Shown here: positions 1-10,522 of the stretch, one piece after another
Layout: each line of letters starts with the position of its first letter
Position numbering within the stretch: position 1 is the first letter of the stretch
Assembly: GCA_047602405.1 (NCBI GenBank)
Contig: JASGHJ010000002.1
Coordinates: 2,496,001-2,560,000, forward strand
DNA length: 64,000 nt
Direction: 5' to 3'
Source of the DNA: Anaeromyxobacteraceae bacterium
GTDB lineage: Bacteria > Myxococcota > Myxococcia > Myxococcales > Anaeromyxobacteraceae
Notes under the pieces: model-generated
The model's database searches: none
What the model was told of the DNA's origin: nothing
What the model saw: the letters and a program-made list of their open reading frames with translations, nothing else
Made by a program: the position numbers and the translations under genes

Positions 1-1644
1 GCCGCGGTCGTGAAGGACGGCCGCCCGTACGTCATCCCCTCGCGCGAGGGCTACAACGTCGTCCCCTCGGTGGTCGCGCTCAACGCGCGCAACCGCGTGG
101 TGGTGGGGCAGCAGGCGCGGGCGCAGCTCCTCACGAACCCGCGCCACACCGTGTTCGGCGCGAAGCGGCTCCTCGGGCGCCCCTTCGACTCCGACGCGGT
201 CGAGGAGATCCGCAGCCGGTTCCCCTACGAGATCGTGGCGGACCCCGACGGCTTCGCCGGCGTGCAGCTCGGCCCGGAGCGGCTGACCCTCGAGCAGGTG
301 GCCGCGCTCATCCTCCGCGAGGTCAAGGAGATCGCGCAGAACCACCTCGGCGAGGAGGTCAACCGCGCCGTCATCACGGTCCCCGCCTACTACAACGAGC
401 GGCAGCGCGCGGCGGTGCGCAAGGCCGGGGCGCTCGCCGGCCTCGCGGTGGAGCGCATCGTCAACGAGCCCACCGCCGCGGCCCTCGCCTACGGCTACGG
501 GCGCCACGTCACGCAGCGGGTGCTCGTCTACGACCTCGGCGGCGGCACCTTCGACGCCTCGGTGCTCGAGCTCGCCGAGAACGTGTACGAGGTGGTCTCG
601 ACCGGCGGCGACACCTTCCTCGGCGGCGTCGACTTCGACGCGCACATCGTGGAGCGGCTGCTCGCCGACTGGAAGAAGCAGACCGGCTCGGACTTCGACG
701 GCGACCGGGTCGCGCTCTCCCGCCTCGTCGACGCCGCCGAGCGTGCGAAGTGCGCCCTCTCCGAGCGGACCGAGTTCCCGATCCAGCTGCCGTTCCTGGC
801 GATGAAGGACGGCAAGCCCGTCTCGCTCGAGACGAAGCTCACCCGCGAGGACGTGGTGCAGCTCGTGAGCCCGCTCGTCGAGCGGACCATCGACGTCTGC
901 CGCGAGGTGCTCCTCGGCCGGGGGCTCACGACGAAGGACATCGACGAGGTCCTGCTCGTGGGCGGCCAGTCGCGCATGCCGCTCGTGCAGGAGCAGGTGA
1001 GCGCGTTCTTCGGCAAGGCGCCGTCGAAGTCCGTCCACCCCGACGAGGCCGTCGCGGTCGGCGCCGCCCTCCTCGCCCACTCGCTCTCCTCCGCCGAGGG
1101 CATCGTCCTCATCGACGTGCTCCCCATGTCGATCGGCATCGGCCTGCCCGGCGGGCGGATGAAGACGATCCTGGAGCGCAACACGCCGCTCCCGACCCGC
1201 AAGCAGTACGGGCTCGTCACCACCCGCGACGGCCAGACCGAGTTCGAGCTCGTCGTGATGCAGGGGGAGCCGGGGGCCGAGGTCGAGTACCTCGGCACGC
1301 TCAAGCTCAGCGGCCTGCCGCCCGGCCCCCGCGGCATGGTGAAGATCTCGGTCACCTTCGAGCTCGGCGTCGAGTGCCTCCTCACGGTCACCGCCCGCGA
1401 GCAGAACAGCGGCCGCGAGGTTAAGACGGTCCTCTCGGCCCGCGAGGGCGTGAACGCGGCGCGCCGGAGGCTCCAGGCCGAGGCCGAGCACCGCCCGCCC
1501 GGCGCCACGCCGGCGCCCATCCCGCCCCGCCCCGAGGCGCCGCCCGCCCCGCTCGCCGCCGCGCCGCGCACGAAGGCCGCGCAGGGTGCGCTCGGGTCGC
1601 TGCTCAGGAAGCTGTTCCGGCGGGAGCGCGACGAGGCGCGGTAG
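1..1644 (+). CDS. Hsp70/DnaK-family protein, 5' end outside the window; C-terminal lid replaced by a Pro/Ala-rich tail
   Basis: Motifs [61 protein letters not shown]; frame is open from base 1. Confidence 0.9.
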   Translation, partial: AAVVKDGRPYVIPSREGYNVVPSVVALNARNRVVVGQQARAQLLTNPRHTVFGAKRLLGRPFDSDAVEEIRSRFPYEIVADPDGFAGVQLGPERLTLEQVAALILREVKEIAQNHLGEEVNRAVITVPAYYNERQRAAVRKAGALAGLAVERIVNEPTAAALAYGYGRHVTQRVLVYDLGGGTFDASVLELAENVYEVVSTGGDTFLGGVDFDAHIVERLLADWKKQTGSDFDGDRVALSRLVDAAERAKCALSERTEFPIQLPFLAMKDGKPVSLETKLTREDVVQLVSPLVERTIDVCREVLLGRGLTTKDIDEVLLVGGQSRMPLVQEQVSAFFGKAPSKSVHPDEAVAVGAALLAHSLSSAEGIVLIDVLPMSIGIGLPGGRMKTILERNTPLPTRKQYGLVTTRDGQTEFELVVMQGEPGAEVEYLGTLKLSGLPPGPRGMVKISVTFELGVECLLTVTAREQNSGREVKTVLSAREGVNAARRRLQAEAEHRPPGATPAPIPPRPEAPPAPLAAAPRTKAAQGALGSLLRKLFRRERDEAR

Positions 1645-1647
1645 GTC

Positions 1648-1959
1648 GGACGAGGCGTCCTCTCGAGGGTGGCCGGGGGCGGCCTCGTCCTGACGCGGTC
1701 GTCGCATCCGGTCCGATGATCGGGCGGGCCAGCCGAGGGCCCTGCGGTGCGGAGAGGCCCGGCGTTCCGGCCGCCCACGATCGGGGTTGATGGGGCGAGG
1801 AGGGATGGCGGGGCCTCGTAGAGGAGCTCGTCTGTCGTCCCTCGTCTCCGCGGCCGCGTTGCGGCCGCTGCGCTCGGGACGAACGGGGAGAACGTCAGCT
1901 CTCGAGACCCCCTGCCTCACCCCATCTGAAACGTTCCCCAGGCCACCTCGCGGGAACGT
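1648..1959. repeat. Cluster of intergenic palindromes (REP/BIME-like) between convergent genes
   Basis: GGACGAGGC/GCCTCGTCC (1648-1690); nested hairpin GATGGGGCGAGG (1789-1800)...CCTCACCCCATC (1915-1926) with inner TCGTCCC/GGGACGA and GCGGCCGC-GTT-GCGGCCGC; ACGTTCCC/GGGAACGT (1931-1959). Confidence 0.6.
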
Positions 1960-1973
1960 CACCAGGAGATGGA

Positions 1974-2645
1974 TCAGCCGCGGGGTTCGGGCGGCGGCGA
2001 CTCGCGCCGGCGGCCGCGCCACCAGCGGACCACCACCACGAGGAGCGCGATCGCGACCGCCGCGAGGATCCAGTTGCCGAACTGCCCGGCCATCCGCGCC
2101 GCCGCGTGCAGGTCGTCGCCGAACCAGAAGCCGAGGCAGACCCAGACCGGCGCGGAGACGAGCGCCGCCGAGCCGTCGAAGGCGACGAACTCCCAGTAGG
2201 GCATGCGGGCGTGCCCGACCGTGAAGAAGGTCGGCGCGCGCAGGCCGGGCAGGAAGCGGGCGAACAGCACGACGACGTTCCCGCGCTTGCGGATGAGCCG
2301 CTCGACCTGCTCGAGCTTGTCGGGCGTGATCATGCGCCGCAGCGGGGCGAGGTCGGCCACGCGGGAGCCGTAGCGGCGGCCGGCGAGGAAGATGATCGAG
2401 TCGCCCGCGAGGATGCCCGCGAGGCCCACCGCCACCATCGCGAGGAGCCCCTCGTCCCGGATCATCGCCGAGAAGGTGACCCGGTCGACGTCGGAGGAGA
2501 GCCAGGCGAGGACGCCGCCCGTCACGAGCACCACGTCCTCGGGCATCGGCAGGCCGAAGCCGCAGAGGAGCAGCACCACGAACACGAAGCCGTAGCCGAT
2601 GTTCAGCGACTGTCCGGCGACGAGATCGACGAGGCGCTCGAGCAT
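1974..2645 (-). CDS. DedA family membrane protein
   Basis: GLPMPEDVVLVTGG, GDSIIFLAGRRYG, FARFLPGLR motifs; start placed at ATG 2645. Confidence 0.9.
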   Translation of the reverse strand: MLERLVDLVAGQSLNIGYGFVFVVLLLCGFGLPMPEDVVLVTGGVLAWLSSDVDRVTFSAMIRDEGLLAMVAVGLAGILAGDSIIFLAGRRYGSRVADLAPLRRMITPDKLEQVERLIRKRGNVVVLFARFLPGLRAPTFFTVGHARMPYWEFVAFDGSAALVSAPVWVCLGFWFGDDLHAAARMAGQFGNWILAAVAIALLVVVVRWWRGRRRESPPPEPRG

Positions 2646-2735
2646 TGGGGGCGGGACGTCTCGTCCTCGGCACCGGGGATAGCCGAAATCGAGCCCCGGG
2701 TCGAGCCGCACGAGCAGGCGGCGGCGGACCCCGGG

Positions 2736-3188
2736 TCAACGCCCGGGCAGGTCCCGGAGGGCCTCGCGCAGCTCTGAGACCCGGCCGGCGGAATCGGCCC
2801 CGATGGCCACCGCGAGCTTCAGGCAGGCCTGGGGCTTCTGCGGCTGGAGCCGGAGGAAGTCACGGTGGGTGATCTCGAGGAGCTCGACGGGGGTGGCGGC
2901 GGTCGCGGTGACCTGCCGGACGCTCTTGCCGAGCAGGGCCATGCCGCCGAGGTGGTCCCCCGCCCCGAGCGCGCCGAGCTCCTTCGGCTGCCCCTCGGGG
3001 CCGCGCTGGGTGATGCGGACGGTCCCGCTCTTCACGATGAAGAGCGACTCCCCCACCATGTTCTCGGCGAACAGCGGCGCCCCCGCCGGGAGCGCCTTCT
3101 CCTGGGCGATCGAGGCGAAGATCTTGAGCCCGGTCTCGGTGAAGTCCCGGAAGAGCGCGGAGCGCTGGAGGGCCTCGATCGCGGTCAT
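2736..3188 (-). CDS. Cyclic nucleotide-binding domain protein
   Basis: LFRDFT...LFAENMVGESLFIVKSGTVRI...GDHLGGMALL...TATA pattern; ATG overlaps the upstream stop. Confidence 0.8.
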   Translation of the reverse strand: MTAIEALQRSALFRDFTETGLKIFASIAQEKALPAGAPLFAENMVGESLFIVKSGTVRITQRGPEGQPKELGALGAGDHLGGMALLGKSVRQVTATAATPVELLEITHRDFLRLQPQKPQACLKLAVAIGADSAGRVSELREALRDLPGR

Positions 3189-3727
3189 CGGTGCTCCGGG
3201 GCGCGGGGCCCCGCCTCGGCGCGGTGGCGCGCCGCGTACTCGACGTAGTGCGCGGCGGACCGCGGGAGCCCCGCCAGCTCCTCGGGCGTGAGCGCCCGCT
3301 TCGGCCTCGCCGGGGCGCCGAGCACGAGCGTGCGGGGCGGGACGATCATGCCCGGGGGGACGAGCGCGCCCGCCCCCACCATCGCCTCCTCGCCGACGAC
3401 CGCGCCGTCGAGCACGATGGCGCCGATGCCGACGAGCGCGCGGTCGTGGACCGTGCAGCCGTGGAGCACCACCCGGTGACCGACCGTGACCTCCTCGCCG
3501 AGCACGGTCGGGTGGGTCCCCGAGCTCACGTGGATGACGGTGAGGTCCTGCACGTTGGTGCGGGCGCCGATGCGGACGAAGTTCACGTCCCCGCGCACGA
3601 CCACGCCGTACCAGAGCGACGCCTCGCGGCCGAGCTCGACGTCGCCGACGACGACGGCGTCGTCCGCGAGCCACACGCCCTCTGCCAGCCGGGGCGCCTT
3701 ACCTCCGTAGGGTCGTACCACGGGCAT
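3185..3727 (-). CDS. Gamma carbonic anhydrase family protein (YrdA-like)
   Basis: VVRGDVNFVRIGARTNVQD, VTVGHRVVLHGC hexapeptide repeats. Confidence 0.92.
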   Translation of the reverse strand: MPVVRPYGGKAPRLAEGVWLADDAVVVGDVELGREASLWYGVVVRGDVNFVRIGARTNVQDLTVIHVSSGTHPTVLGEEVTVGHRVVLHGCTVHDRALVGIGAIVLDGAVVGEEAMVGAGALVPPGMIVPPRTLVLGAPARPKRALTPEELAGLPRSAAHYVEYAARHRAEAGPRAPEHR

Positions 3728-4161
3728 CAGCGGCCGATGCTAGCCTCGGACTTGACCCTCCGCAACCAGGCACCGGCGAGCCCTGCCCCGAGGGCCGCGC
3801 CGAGGGCGTCGGCGAGCGCGTCCCGGACGTCCGAGTCCCGCCCCGGGATGAACGACTGGTGAACCTCGTCGAGGAAGCCCCAGGCGACCGCCAGCCCCCA
3901 CGCCACGAGCCAGGCCCGGCGCGCGCTCCGGGCGCGGGCCGCGACGGCGAGGCGGAGCAGGAGCCCGAGCAGCCCGAAGACGCCGGCGTGGATGACCTTG
4001 TCGTGCGCGAGGAGCCAGTCCGGGAACGACGGGACCGGGTTCGCGCGGTGCGAGGCCCACGCGATGGTGGCCGCCCAGGCGAGCGCGGCCGCGGCGGCGA
4101 GGCGCGTCGCCGCGGGGCCGGGCACCGCCGGCCCCGGCCCCGGCGGCGCGGCGGCGGTCAC
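3727..4161 (-). CDS. VanZ-like membrane protein
   Basis: DKVIHAGVFGLLG and DEVHQSFIPGRDSDVRDALAD; GTG start overlaps the miaB stop (GTGA). Confidence 0.8.
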   Translation of the reverse strand: MTAAAPPGPGPAVPGPAATRLAAAAALAWAATIAWASHRANPVPSFPDWLLAHDKVIHAGVFGLLGLLLRLAVAARARSARRAWLVAWGLAVAWGFLDEVHQSFIPGRDSDVRDALADALGAALGAGLAGAWLRRVKSEASIGR

Positions 4162-5543
4162 GCGAGCGTTCCGGAGAGCGAGCTCGTCCCGGCGCGGGTC
4201 ACCCGGGCCCGGACCACCGCGCCCGCGGGCGCGTCGGCCTCGGCCGCGGCGAGGTGCAGCACGCGGTTCTCCGGCGTCCGCCCGAGCCGCTCGCCCTCGG
4301 CCTCGCCGGGCCCCTCGACGAGGACCTCCACCACCTTCCCCTTCTCGGCGGCGAGGATCTCGGCGGCGATGCGGCGCTGGACCGCGAGGAGGCGCTCGAG
4401 GCGGGCCATGGCGACCTCGCGCGGCACCTCGGCCCAGTCCGGCGTCGAGCCGCTCCTGAGCAAGGAGAGCGTCTTCGGCCGCGGGCTGTACGCGAAGCTG
4501 AAGCTCTGGTCGTAGCGGACGCGCTCGAGGAGCGCGAGGGAGGCCTCGAAGTCGGCGTCGGTCTCGCCGGGGAAGCCCACGATGAAGTCGGTCGTGACCG
4601 CGACGCCGGGGCGCGCCGCGCGCAGCTTCGCGAGCCGCTCGAGGTAGGCCTCGACGGTGTAGTCGCGGCGCATCCGGACGAGCACCGGGTCCGAGCCGGA
4701 CTGCACCGGCAGGTGGAAGTGCGGCATCACCTTCGGCTCGTCGCGGAACACCTCGACGAGCGCCTCGGAGAGGTCGTGCGGGTGGCTCGTCGTGAAGCGG
4801 ACGCGGGCGAGGCCCGGGATGGCGGCGACCCGGCGGAGCAGCTCGGCGAAGGTGGCGCCGCCCCGGTACGAGTTCACGTTCTGGCCGATGAGGGTGACCT
4901 CGCGCACGCCCACCTCGGCGAGCGCGGCGCACTCGGCCACCACCTCGGTGAAGTGGCGCGAGACCTCGCGGCCGCGCGTGTGCGGCACCACGCAGAAGGC
5001 GCAGACGTTGTCGCAGCCCTTCATCGCCGTCACGAAGGCGGTGACCTTGCCGCGGGCCGCCTCGGGATCGGCGGTCGGGAAGACGTACTCCTCCGAGTCC
5101 ATCCACCCGGTCTCGGCGAAGCGCTCCCGCTCCGCGCGGGCGACGAGCTCCGGCAGGCGGCCCACGTGATCCGGGCCGAACACGAAGTCCACGTACGGGA
5201 CCTTCTTGAGGAGCCGCTCCTTCTCCTGCTGCGCGACGCAGCCCGAGACGGCGATGAGCGCGCCGCGGCGGGCCTTCACCTCGCGGTAGCGCCCGAGCGC
5301 GGAGAGGAGCTTCTGCTCGGCCTTCTCCCGCACCGAGCAGGTGTTGAGCACGATCAGGTCCGCCTCGTCGGCGGTCGCCGCGCGCGCGTAGTCGCCGCGG
5401 GAGAGCGCCTCGACCATGCGGGCCGAGTCCGCCTCGTTCATCTGGCAGCCGAAGGTGTGGACGAAGACCTTCCGCGAGGGCGCCGGCCGGGGCGCCGCGG
5501 GGGTGGGGTCGAGGGGCTTTCCGAGGCCGACGAGGTCCGACAC
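4158..5543 (-). CDS. miaB: tRNA-2-methylthio-N6-dimethylallyladenosine synthase
   Basis: TFGCQMN, NTCSVREKAE, GCDNVCAFC radical-SAM motif, HLPVQSGS, C-terminal TRAM domain. Confidence 0.96.
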   Translation of the reverse strand: MSDLVGLGKPLDPTPAAPRPAPSRKVFVHTFGCQMNEADSARMVEALSRGDYARAATADEADLIVLNTCSVREKAEQKLLSALGRYREVKARRGALIAVSGCVAQQEKERLLKKVPYVDFVFGPDHVGRLPELVARAERERFAETGWMDSEEYVFPTADPEAARGKVTAFVTAMKGCDNVCAFCVVPHTRGREVSRHFTEVVAECAALAEVGVREVTLIGQNVNSYRGGATFAELLRRVAAIPGLARVRFTTSHPHDLSEALVEVFRDEPKVMPHFHLPVQSGSDPVLVRMRRDYTVEAYLERLAKLRAARPGVAVTTDFIVGFPGETDADFEASLALLERVRYDQSFSFAYSPRPKTLSLLRSGSTPDWAEVPREVAMARLERLLAVQRRIAAEILAAEKGKVVEVLVEGPGEAEGERLGRTPENRVLHLAAAEADAPAGAVVRARVTRAGTSSLSGTLA

Positions 5544-5600
5544 GGGGCGGGAACCCTAAGGAAAAGGGGGGGCCCGAGTCAACCCGCGCGGCCGCCCCGC

Positions 5601-6737
5601 TCAACCGGCGGTCCGGCGGACCGCCCGGAGCTCGACGCGGGTGCGGACGAGCTTCTGGAACGGGTACGCGACGTCGGCCGACTTCAGGGTCGCGTCGAAC
5701 CGCACCGCCGCGCCGGCGTTCGGCGGGCGCATCCGCACCTCGGTCACGAAGGCCCACTCGGTCTCGGTCGAGGCGAGGCGGCGCGAGAGCTCCCGGCCGC
5801 CCAGCCGCCGGGCCTGCTCGAGCGCGGCGCGGTCGTACTCGGCGTTGCCGCTCGCGGCCACGAGGCGGGAGGCGGCGACGGCGCCCCGCGCGTCGAGGCG
5901 CACCGCGACCACGGCCACGAGCCCGCCGAAGCGCACCGTCGGGACCGAGGGCCCCTGCGCGTCGAGGCCGTCGATGGCGGTCGCGAGCGCGGCCCGCTCC
6001 GGGCTGCCGGCGGCGCCGGCCGCGGCCACCTGCCGCTCGAACGCGCGCGGGCTGTCGTGGTCGCCGGGCGCCTCGACGTCGCGCGGGAGCGTGGTGCCGG
6101 TGCGGCCGTACTGGCCGAGCATGTCGCCGTAGGCCTGCGCGAAGCGGCCGAGGCCGTTCGGGCCGCCCCCCCCGGTGCCGGTCGCCTTCTCCGCCATCTC
6201 GAGCGCGCGCTCCGGCGCGAGGAAGCCCGCGGCGAGCGCGTCGCGCAGCCCGGTCCAGGAGGCGTCGGGGTAGCGGGCGAGGTCCTCCGCGCGCAGGCCG
6301 TCCATCACGGTCGAGACCTCGCGGTCCAGCGCCTGCTGCGGCGTCGGGCCGGGCGCGCCGAACCACCCGGGCGCGCCGCCCGGCAGCCTCGGGCGGAGAT
6401 CCCAGCTGCCGGCGCCAACCCCGCCGGCGCCCACGGCGCCGGCGGAATCCGGCACGCCCGGAACGAACGAGAGCGAACCCGGCCGCATGGGCCCACCGGA
6501 CTCCGCCCGCGCGGCACCGGGAACCCGACGTGGCGCCGGCTGGGCCGTCGCCTGGCCGGGAGGCACCGCTGCACGCGGCTCCCGCGGCTGCAGCTCCACC
6601 TCCATCGGCGCCGCGCCCCCGGCCGGTCCGGGCGACGGCGGCACGATCCAGCGGAGGAGCAGCCCGACGAGCGCGAGGTGCAGCGCGACCGACGCCGCGA
6701 GGGCGAGTCCCGAGCGGGCGGTGCGGCGGCGGCTCAC
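5601..6737 (-). CDS. Hypothetical membrane-anchored protein with TonB C-terminal-like domain
   Basis: N-terminal SVALHLALV anchor, Pro-rich linker, late SRLVAASGNAEYDRAALEQAR motif. Confidence 0.55.
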   Translation of the reverse strand: MSRRRTARSGLALAASVALHLALVGLLLRWIVPPSPGPAGGAAPMEVELQPREPRAAVPPGQATAQPAPRRVPGAARAESGGPMRPGSLSFVPGVPDSAGAVGAGGVGAGSWDLRPRLPGGAPGWFGAPGPTPQQALDREVSTVMDGLRAEDLARYPDASWTGLRDALAAGFLAPERALEMAEKATGTGGGGPNGLGRFAQAYGDMLGQYGRTGTTLPRDVEAPGDHDSPRAFERQVAAAGAAGSPERAALATAIDGLDAQGPSVPTVRFGGLVAVVAVRLDARGAVAASRLVAASGNAEYDRAALEQARRLGGRELSRRLASTETEWAFVTEVRMRPPNAGAAVRFDATLKSADVAYPFQKLVRTRVELRAVRRTAG

Positions 6738-6754
6738 GCCTCCATTTTACCCCC

Positions 6755-8167
6755 CTACCGCCCGACGGGCACGAGCGCGTCGGCGAGCCCCTCGAGCTCC
6801 TCGAGGGAGGTCGCGGTCGCCACCCGGTCGCACCTGGACGCGTAGAGCGGCATCTCGCTGTCGCCGCCGCCCCAGGCGGCACGCGGCTCGGTGCAGACCC
6901 ACAGGAGCCGGCGCGCCTTCCGCCGCAGCTCGTCGAGGACCCAGGCCTCCGGCGGCCCGTAGTTCGTGCGCCCGTCGCCGACGACGATGACGGTCGTGCG
7001 CCGCCCGACCGCGCCGAGGTGATCGCGGTGGAAGAGCCGCAGCGCGCGGCCGTAGTTCGAGTTCGCGGCGAGGTTCACGGCGCGGGCGGCGACCGCGAGG
7101 TCGGCGGCGCGGGCGGGGTCGCGCTCCGCCTTCAGGTCGGCGGTCACCTCGGCGAGCCCGGAGACGAAGACGAACGTGCGCACCCGCCCGAAGAGCGACT
7201 GGAGCGCGTAGAGGAACAGCAGCATGAGGCGCGTCGACGCCCGCACCGACTCCGAGACGTCGCACAGCACGACGAGGTCCGGCCGCTCCGGCCGGCGCTG
7301 GCGGAAGACGAGCCGCGCCGGCGTGCCGCCGAGGGCCATGTTCTTCCGGAGCGTGCGCCGCGCCGCGAGCGCGCCCCTCCGCCGCGAGCGCTCCCGCCGA
7401 ACGAGCCGCGCCTTGAGGCGCCGCGCGAGGCGCCGCACGGCCGCGTCGGTCCGCTCGAGCTCCTCGCGCGTGGGCGCCACGCCCGCCTCGCCCGGCAGGG
7501 CCTCCACCCGGCGCCGCACCCGGCGCGCATCGCCCTCGAGGTCGGCGAACCGCCGCGCGGCGTCCTCGACCTTGCGGAGCGCGCCGTCGAGCCGGTCGGC
7601 GACGAGCTGGAGCGCGCCCGGTCGCAGGCCCTTCGCGGCGAGGGCGCGCTCGAGCGCGTCGAGGTCGGCCTCCACCGCGCCGCCGCCCGCGGCCGCGAGG
7701 AGCCGCCGCCCGTGCCAGCGCGCCTCGGCCTCGCTCGGGCCGGCGCCGGGGGGCGCGACCTGCAGGCTCGCGCCGCGGAACAGCCGCGCGAGCAGGGCCG
7801 GGTCGCCCGCGAGGGCCGCCCGCGCGACCGGGCTCATCGAGCCCACGAGCGCGTCGAGCGTCTGCGCGATCATCTCGAGCTCGTCGCCCTCGAGGAGCCC
7901 CTGCGCCTCGAGCTCGGACACGAGCCCCTTCTCGAGGCCCTCGAGGAGCCGCCCCAGCCCCGAGAACCACACCGCGAAGAGCGCCTCGAACACCGGGACG
8001 TCCCTCGCGCGCTTCACGAGCGTGGCCCGGAGCGCCGCGCGGAACGGCTCGCGCTCGTCGGTGCCCGCGAGCGCCGCCGCGCGCACCGCGTCGGTCACCT
8101 CGGCGGGCGAGACGCGGACGCCGTTGGCGCGGAGCAGCCCGGCGAGCTCGGTGAGACGGTGTTCCAC
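6755..8167 (-). CDS. CoxE-like VWA domain protein
   Basis: LLRANGVRVSPAEV N-terminus, MIDAS-like LCDVSESV, SNYGRAL, VVGDGRTNY; C-terminal part of ORF 6755..11197. Confidence 0.85.
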   Translation of the reverse strand: MEHRLTELAGLLRANGVRVSPAEVTDAVRAAALAGTDEREPFRAALRATLVKRARDVPVFEALFAVWFSGLGRLLEGLEKGLVSELEAQGLLEGDELEMIAQTLDALVGSMSPVARAALAGDPALLARLFRGASLQVAPPGAGPSEAEARWHGRRLLAAAGGGAVEADLDALERALAAKGLRPGALQLVADRLDGALRKVEDAARRFADLEGDARRVRRRVEALPGEAGVAPTREELERTDAAVRRLARRLKARLVRRERSRRRGALAARRTLRKNMALGGTPARLVFRQRRPERPDLVVLCDVSESVRASTRLMLLFLYALQSLFGRVRTFVFVSGLAEVTADLKAERDPARAADLAVAARAVNLAANSNYGRALRLFHRDHLGAVGRRTTVIVVGDGRTNYGPPEAWVLDELRRKARRLLWVCTEPRAAWGGGDSEMPLYASRCDRVATATSLEELEGLADALVPVGR

Positions 8168-8260
8168 GGACCGGAGTGTAGCGCGCGCCGACGCGCAGCG
8201 CAGTCGCACCCGACGGAGCGTGGGTGTGCGCGGGCCACCCCGGGCGCGCATGATGGGGCC

Positions 8261-9526
8261 ATGGGCGCCTGGGTCGTCCCGGTCTTCCTCGTCGCGTACG
8301 CGCTGCAGGTCGGCGTGGAGACCCTGCTGCTCGGCCTCAACCTCCGGAGGGCCTCGCGCACGCAGGGCGTCCCGCCCGCGCTCGAGGGCCACGTCGACGA
8401 GGACACCGCCACGCTCTCGCGCGCGTACGTCGTCGCGCACGGCCTCGCGTCCGCGGCGGAGGGGCTGCTCCGGGCCGGCGTCACCCTCGCGGTGCTCCTC
8501 CTCGGCGTGCTGCCATGGCTCGACCAGGCCCTCGGCCGCGCCGGGTTCGAGGGCTCGCACCGGTTCGCCGGGTTCCTCGTGATGCTCGCGGTGGGCTCGG
8601 GCGCGATCGGGGTCCCGTTCTCGCTCTTCCGGACCTTCTCGGTCGAGGAGCGGTTCGGCTTCAACGAGACGACCCCGCGGCTGTGGCTGCTCGACGGGCT
8701 GAAGGCGCTCCTCGTCGAGGCGGCCCTCGGCGTCCCCGTCCTCTACGCGGTCTACGGCTTCATGCGCTGGAGCAAGGGCACCTGGTGGCTGTGGGTCTTC
8801 GCGCTGCTCGTCGGGGTCCAGCTCTTCCTGCTCTCGATCTACCCCTCGGTGCTCGCCCCGCTCTTCAACCGGTTCTCGCCGCTCCCGGAGGGCGCGCTCC
8901 GGACCCGGCTCGAGGCGCTGGCGCGCGCGGCGGGCTTCCGCAACCGCGGTCTGTACGTGATGGACGCCTCGCGGCGCTCCCGCCACTCGAACGCGTTCTT
9001 CGTCGGGCTCATCCGCCCCCGCATCGTGCTCCACGACACGCTCGTCGCGACCCTCGACGAGGACGAGGCCGCGAGCGTGCTCGCCCACGAGATCGGCCAC
9101 TTCCGCCGGCACCACGTCCAGCGCCGCATGGCGGCCTCGCTCCTCGGCCTGCTCCTCGCGCTGTGGGGGGCCTCGCTGCTGCTCCGCTGGACGCCCCTCT
9201 ACGCCGCCTTCGGCTTCGACGGCCCGTCGCTGCACGCCGGCGTCGCGCTCCTCGTCCTCTGCGGCGGGGCGTTCCTGTTCTGGGTCACGCCGCTCTCCGC
9301 GCGCGTGTCGCGCCGCCAGGAGTTCGAGGCCGATCGGTTCGCGGTGGAGCTCGCCCGCGCGCCCGGCGCGCTGAAGCGCGCGCTCGTGCGGCTCGCGGGG
9401 GACAACCTCGCGAACCCGACGCCGCACCCCTGGTACGCGGCGTGGCACTACAGCCACCCGACCCTCGCGGAGCGGCTCGCCCGCATCGACGACGTCGCGC
9501 TCGCGCGGAGGCCCGCGGCCCGGTAG
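8261..9526 (+). CDS. M48 family (Ste24-like) zinc metallopeptidase
   Basis: DASRRSRHSNAFF, LAHEIGH, EFEADRFA, YSHPTLAERL; multiple transmembrane segments. Confidence 0.92.
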   Translation: MGAWVVPVFLVAYALQVGVETLLLGLNLRRASRTQGVPPALEGHVDEDTATLSRAYVVAHGLASAAEGLLRAGVTLAVLLLGVLPWLDQALGRAGFEGSHRFAGFLVMLAVGSGAIGVPFSLFRTFSVEERFGFNETTPRLWLLDGLKALLVEAALGVPVLYAVYGFMRWSKGTWWLWVFALLVGVQLFLLSIYPSVLAPLFNRFSPLPEGALRTRLEALARAAGFRNRGLYVMDASRRSRHSNAFFVGLIRPRIVLHDTLVATLDEDEAASVLAHEIGHFRRHHVQRRMAASLLGLLLALWGASLLLRWTPLYAAFGFDGPSLHAGVALLVLCGGAFLFWVTPLSARVSRRQEFEADRFAVELARAPGALKRALVRLAGDNLANPTPHPWYAAWHYSHPTLAERLARIDDVALARRPAAR

Positions 9527-9535
9527 GAGAGGGCC

Positions 9536-10522
9536 ATGCTCGCGACGCGGAAGCTGGGGAGGCAGGGGCTCGTGGTGTCGGAGCTCGGCCTCGGGTGCAT
9601 GGGCATGAGCCAGTCGTACGGCGAGGCCGACGAGGCCGAGGCCGTCGCGACCCTCCACCGGGCCCTCGAGCTCGGCGTCACCTTCCTCGACACCGCCGAG
9701 GTGTACGGGCCCTTCCGGAACGAGGAGCTCCTCGGGCGCACGCTCGCCGGCAAGCGCGACCGGGTCGTGCTCGCGACGAAGTTCGGCTTCCGGATCGTGA
9801 ACGGGGCCATGGCCGGCCTCGACAGCCGCCCCGGGCACGTGCGCGAGGCGCTCGAGGGATCGCTCCGGCGCCTCGGCACCGACCACGTCGACCTCCTGTA
9901 CCAGCACCGGGTCGACCCGGCGGTGCCCATCGAGGACGTGGTCGGCGCCATGGCGGAGCTCGTGCGCGAGGGCAAGGTGCGGTACCTCGGCCTCTCCGAG
10001 GCGAGCGCGCGCACGGTGCGGCGCGCCCACGCCGTCCACCCGATCTCGGCCCTGCAGAGCGAGTACTCGCTCTGGGAGCGGGGGCTCGAGGCGGAGGTGC
10101 TGCCCACCCTGCGCGAGCTCGGGGTGGGGCTCGTGCCGTTCGCCCCGCTCGGGCGCGGCTTCCTCACCGGCGACGCGCGCCGGGCCGAGGAGCTGCCCGA
10201 CGCCGACTTCCGCAAGCGCGACCCGCGCTTCCAGGGCGCGAACTTCGACGCCAACATGAAGGCCGCCGCGGTCGTGCGCGGGGTGGCGGCGCGCCACGGC
10301 GCGAAGCCCGGCCAGGTCGCGCTCGCGTGGCTCCTCTCGCGCGGCGCCGACGTCGCGCCCATCCCCGGGACGAAGCGCCGCCGCTACCTCGAGGAGAACG
10401 TCGCCGCGGCCGCGCTCCGGCTCTCCGCCGCCGACCTCGCGGAGCTCGAGGCGGCGCTCCCGCCCGGCGCGGCCTCCGGCGCGCGCTACGACGAGGAGCG
10501 GATGAAGACGGTGGACCGGTGA
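9536..10522 (+). CDS. Aldo/keto reductase
   Basis: [46 protein letters not shown] upstream. Confidence 0.95.
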   Translation: MLATRKLGRQGLVVSELGLGCMGMSQSYGEADEAEAVATLHRALELGVTFLDTAEVYGPFRNEELLGRTLAGKRDRVVLATKFGFRIVNGAMAGLDSRPGHVREALEGSLRRLGTDHVDLLYQHRVDPAVPIEDVVGAMAELVREGKVRYLGLSEASARTVRRAHAVHPISALQSEYSLWERGLEAEVLPTLRELGVGLVPFAPLGRGFLTGDARRAEELPDADFRKRDPRFQGANFDANMKAAAVVRGVAARHGAKPGQVALAWLLSRGADVAPIPGTKRRRYLEENVAAAALRLSAADLAELEAALPPGAASGARYDEERMKTVDR

